DNA of 64,000 nucleotides from Candidatus Babeliales bacterium (GTDB lineage Bacteria; Babelota; Babeliae; Babelales; JACPOV01): NCBI GenBank assembly GCA_049692255.1, contig JBAVOR010000016.1, positions 7,006 to 71,005 of the forward strand, read 5' to 3'. Shown piece by piece: positions 61,162 to 64,000 of this stretch (position 1 is its first letter; each line of letters starts with the position of its first letter). The notes under the pieces were generated by a model. It saw only the letters and a program-made list of their open reading frames with translations, ran no database searches and was not told where the DNA came from. The position numbers and the translations under genes were made by a program.

Positions 61162-62862
61162 TCACGCTTGTACTGGCATTCTGCCTATTGATATCAAATT
61201 TCCACGCAGTAGATCAACTGCTGCTTCATGCGCAGGGCCGATCTCTTCGTAAGCAACAATAATAGTGTCTGCTGATCGCACTAATGACACACTATACGGA
61301 GTGCCAAATAGAACAACGGTAACCGTTTTACCTGCTTTGGTAAGTTCGTTAATCAGAGCAATGGTTTCGGCGGTAATGCCAAAGTTCTTTGCAGCGTTCT
61401 TATGCATGTCTCCGATGGCAATGATAACGGAGCGGTATAGGAAAGCGATAGCCATACATTCTTCTATTGCATGCTTTGTGGACGCTGGAGACCAATACGT
61501 TGCTGGGCAGTAGCGGGCATATGTATCATAGATAGGGGTGTTAAACTGCTTGCTTATAAGAAATAAACAGCTAGATGCGAGAAGATTTTGATTACATGAT
61601 ACTGTATCTGCTTGTTGAGCCACAGTAATTGCAGCCCGATACAGCTGTTTTTGTAAATCAATTGCTTCTGGCCGTGTGAGGAACGCTAAGTTTTGCAAGC
61701 TCGCCTCCCTGCGTTCATGTATATGAGCCCACTCTTTCGCACGTAATATTTTTAATACCCGTGCATCTAACTCCTCTATCGACACGCTGCCACTTTCTAC
61801 TACCCGCTTGATCAACTGCACGGCAAGGGGCACGTCGGTGGGGCATAAAATAATATCAGCGCCTGCCAAAAATGCGTACAGTTCTGCATAGCCTGCTTCA
61901 TACGTGTTGGTAATAGCTCGCATGCCCATACCATCAGTAATCACCAAGCCTTGAAATCCAAGTTTGTTTTTAAGTAACTGGGTAGTAATAATCGGTGACA
62001 TGCTGGTGGGCAGCTGTGAAGAGCTATCAAGTGCCGGTACGCTTAAATGCGCAGTCATTACAGCGCTAATGCCATTATCAATGAGCTGTGCAAATGGCTG
62101 AAGTTCAACTGATTCGAGGTGTTGGGCGCTATGCGCAATAACGGGTAACATTTTATGTGAGTCAATAGTAGTGTCGCCATGGCCAGGGAAATGTTTCGCT
62201 GTTGCTAAAATATGCGCATCGTGTAATCCACGTGCAAATGCAGTTGCGTGTTGTGCGACGCGCTCCGGATTATCACCAAAGGACCGATCATGAATAATGG
62301 GATTGCGCGGGTTATTGTTTACATCTGTCACCGGAGCCAAATTTATGTGTACTCCAATGGCAGCACATTGCCGTCCAATTTCTAAACTCAATTGATAGAT
62401 AAGATTCGTATCTGTAATAGCACCAAGCGTGAGTGCATGGGGATACTGTGTTACCAATTCTGGCCGCATTTTATGACTCATAGCAAGGCCCCATTCGCAA
62501 TCTTGCGCGATAAGTAATGGAATGCGCGAACAGCATTGAAACTGTTGTGTCATTGCCATTTGACTGAGAGGGTCATTATTGTATAAGAATATCACGCCAC
62601 CGACATGATATTCTTCAATCAGCTGTTGCACGTATGCAGGGTCGGTATTGTACGCACCAAATAGACGATGGGCTATCAGCGTGATGCGCGGTAGTCTGGT
62701 AGAACAGGCTGCTACACACAACAGTTGCCCTACCTTTTGTTCGAGCGTCATCTGCGCTAATGTTTGCTCAGCCCAGCTGCTTGGGGTAGTTAAAAAAGGT
62801 GGTTGTTGTGCATGCGATATGTTGCACAGCAACGCAATAAGAGTAAGAAAGAAGACTACCAT
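61162..62862 (-). CDS. nagZ: Periplasmic glycoside hydrolase family 3 beta-N-acetylhexosaminidase (NagZ-like) with C-terminal domain
   Basis: 'KHFPGHGDTTIDSH' GH3 catalytic region. Signal peptide. 566 aa. Confidence 0.75.
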   Translation of the reverse strand: MVVFFLTLIALLCNISHAQQPPFLTTPSSWAEQTLAQMTLEQKVGQLLCVAACSTRLPRITLIAHRLFGAYNTDPAYVQQLIEEYHVGGVIFLYNNDPLSQMAMTQQFQCCSRIPLLIAQDCEWGLAMSHKMRPELVTQYPHALTLGAITDTNLIYQLSLEIGRQCAAIGVHINLAPVTDVNNNPRNPIIHDRSFGDNPERVAQHATAFARGLHDAHILATAKHFPGHGDTTIDSHKMLPVIAHSAQHLESVELQPFAQLIDNGISAVMTAHLSVPALDSSSQLPTSMSPIITTQLLKNKLGFQGLVITDGMGMRAITNTYEAGYAELYAFLAGADIILCPTDVPLAVQLIKRVVESGSVSIEELDARVLKILRAKEWAHIHERREASLQNLAFLTRPEAIDLQKQLYRAAITVAQQADTVSCNQNLLASSCLFLISKQFNTPIYDTYARYCPATYWSPASTKHAIEECMAIAFLYRSVIIAIGDMHKNAAKNFGITAETIALINELTKAGKTVTVVLFGTPYSVSLVRSADTIIVAYEEIGPAHEAAVDLLRGNLISIGRMPVQA

Positions 62863-63021
62863 ATAATTTAATCCTGTTGTGCTGCGGGTACTATTATCAT
62901 TGAATATATCTATTTCTATGCAAGTTTAAAATGGTGGCTGCGTTTGAGCAACAGAACAGGCATGGTTAAGAACAGTGAGTGCAATAACTATTTTTAGAAC
63001 ATTCATATATCTCCTTTTTTT

Positions 63022-63960
63022 CTATTGAGATAGTGCAGTAGTCAACTGTGTATATGCCTGTTGTAGCTTTTGTAATGCATCGATTAATTGATTCGCTTGA
63101 TCTGGTTTTTCCGGTTCTGGGTTTTGTTGCACTTGTTTTAACGCATCTATTTTGTTTTTTTGTGCTTGTACGACTGATTGCATAGATTGTATCTGTTCAA
63201 TAATTGTGGGCGGCACTTCCTGTTCGGGCATGGGCGTAGATTGTTTTAAGGTTTGTAACCATCGTGCAACAATGTTTGGGGCATCATATGGTTGAGATAA
63301 AGGTATGCCGGTGAGCAACGCTTCATACCATGCGTTGCCAGAGGTCATAAAAGTGCATCTGAAAAATGAGTTCATTTTGTGTATGGTTACCTGTTTGAGC
63401 GTGGTAGTTTGTGTACTTTGAGCAGTGAGCGGTGCGCATACTATTTTTTCAAAATAATAGCTGGTCGGTATTTTTGAAGGATTATTTATAATACTTTCTA
63501 ACAGAGAAGCCAATGAAACAGTGGGACTATGCAACTCTTTAACATACAGTATCCCTTCGTCTGGCATATTGGTCCATAGTATGGGCATGGTGTTTTGATT
63601 AATATGCAAAGAAATTGGTGCATAGATCCAATAGAGAGCATCAGATTTTTGCTGTGGATAGAAATCGAAAAAAAGATATTTCTTGTTGATAACGGTAGTG
63701 GGTCTGTTTTCTGCAAAAGCCCGCATTGCTTGTATGCGCGTGATGCGCTGAATATCATCATATTCTTTGTCCAGTTTGAACCATTGTGTGTGAGGAAAGC
63801 GAACAGCAGGTATCGATCGGATGATCTTGGTATTAATAAGAAAAGGGTTACTAATTAATTGTACAATTTCTCTCAGATTGCCATCCCCATTCACCATATA
63901 TCCTTGCAGGCGGGTAAAAAAAGGAGAAAATGCTGCTTTAATATCTAATTTAAGTACCAT
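63022..63960 (-). CDS. Hypothetical protein with Q-rich coiled-coil C-terminus (possibly 5'-partial)
   Basis: 312 aa ORF. In-frame sequence stays open to the window edge at 64000. No Shine-Dalgarno before the first Met. Confidence 0.4.
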   Translation of the reverse strand: MVLKLDIKAAFSPFFTRLQGYMVNGDGNLREIVQLISNPFLINTKIIRSIPAVRFPHTQWFKLDKEYDDIQRITRIQAMRAFAENRPTTVINKKYLFFDFYPQQKSDALYWIYAPISLHINQNTMPILWTNMPDEGILYVKELHSPTVSLASLLESIINNPSKIPTSYYFEKIVCAPLTAQSTQTTTLKQVTIHKMNSFFRCTFMTSGNAWYEALLTGIPLSQPYDAPNIVARWLQTLKQSTPMPEQEVPPTIIEQIQSMQSVVQAQKNKIDALKQVQQNPEPEKPDQANQLIDALQKLQQAYTQLTTALSQ

Positions 63961-64000
63961 TGAACTCAGAAAAAAAGTGCTTGAAATAACGGTATAGTTC

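Noticed and set aside
1-64000. CRISPR arrays, rRNA or tRNA genes, integrases or transposases
   Set aside because: No short direct-repeat/spacer arrays are present. There are no tRNA-like T-arm/acceptor patterns and no rRNA-like stretches. No ORF carries recognisable integrase or transposase motifs.

Overview
This 64 kb window is bacterial chromosome of moderate GC content with dense coding on both strands, typical operon overlaps and clear rho-independent terminators. I found no rRNA, tRNA or CRISPR.

Housekeeping genes recognised from motifs:
- murE, 5'-truncated at the window edge
- a membrane H+-pyrophosphatase (hppA)
- nrdA and nrdB
- a VanX-like D-Ala-D-Ala dipeptidase
- an ABC-2 exporter pair
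- a CorC/HlyC-family transporter
- lgt, dnaG and rpoD as one minus-strand block
- mnmG (gidA)
- mraY, standing alone
- an amino-acid permease
- ogt
- a DEAD-box helicase
- the umuD-umuC translesion operon
- an FMN reductase
- an SPFH/band-7 protein
- a family-3 glycoside hydrolase (NagZ-like)

Among these sit many signal-peptide-bearing hypothetical proteins and several eukaryote-like domains:
- a USP/UCH (C19) deubiquitinase with intact Cys, His and Asp boxes
- an F-box-like protein
- an ankyrin-repeat protein
- a PPP-family Ser/Thr phosphatase carrying a signal peptide
- a PDI-like tandem thioredoxin with a CGHC active site

This repertoire points to a host-associated, probably intracellular or amoeba-associated, bacterium.

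The outstanding feature is an uninterrupted ~11.7 kb ORF (35597..47278, ~3,900 aa). It has a signal peptide, three ~2 kb copies of a pectate-lyase-like right-handed beta-helix module, and about 15 phage-tail-fibre-like repeats of roughly 90-100 aa. Parts of the copies are more than 95% identical at the nucleotide level. I read it as a giant fibrous surface or adhesin protein. All long minus-strand ORFs inside it are antisense artefacts of its Thr/Gly/Ala-rich codon usage.

A small family of dispersed palindromic REP/MITE-like intergenic elements is present in three copies (about 5165, 31427 and 61058).
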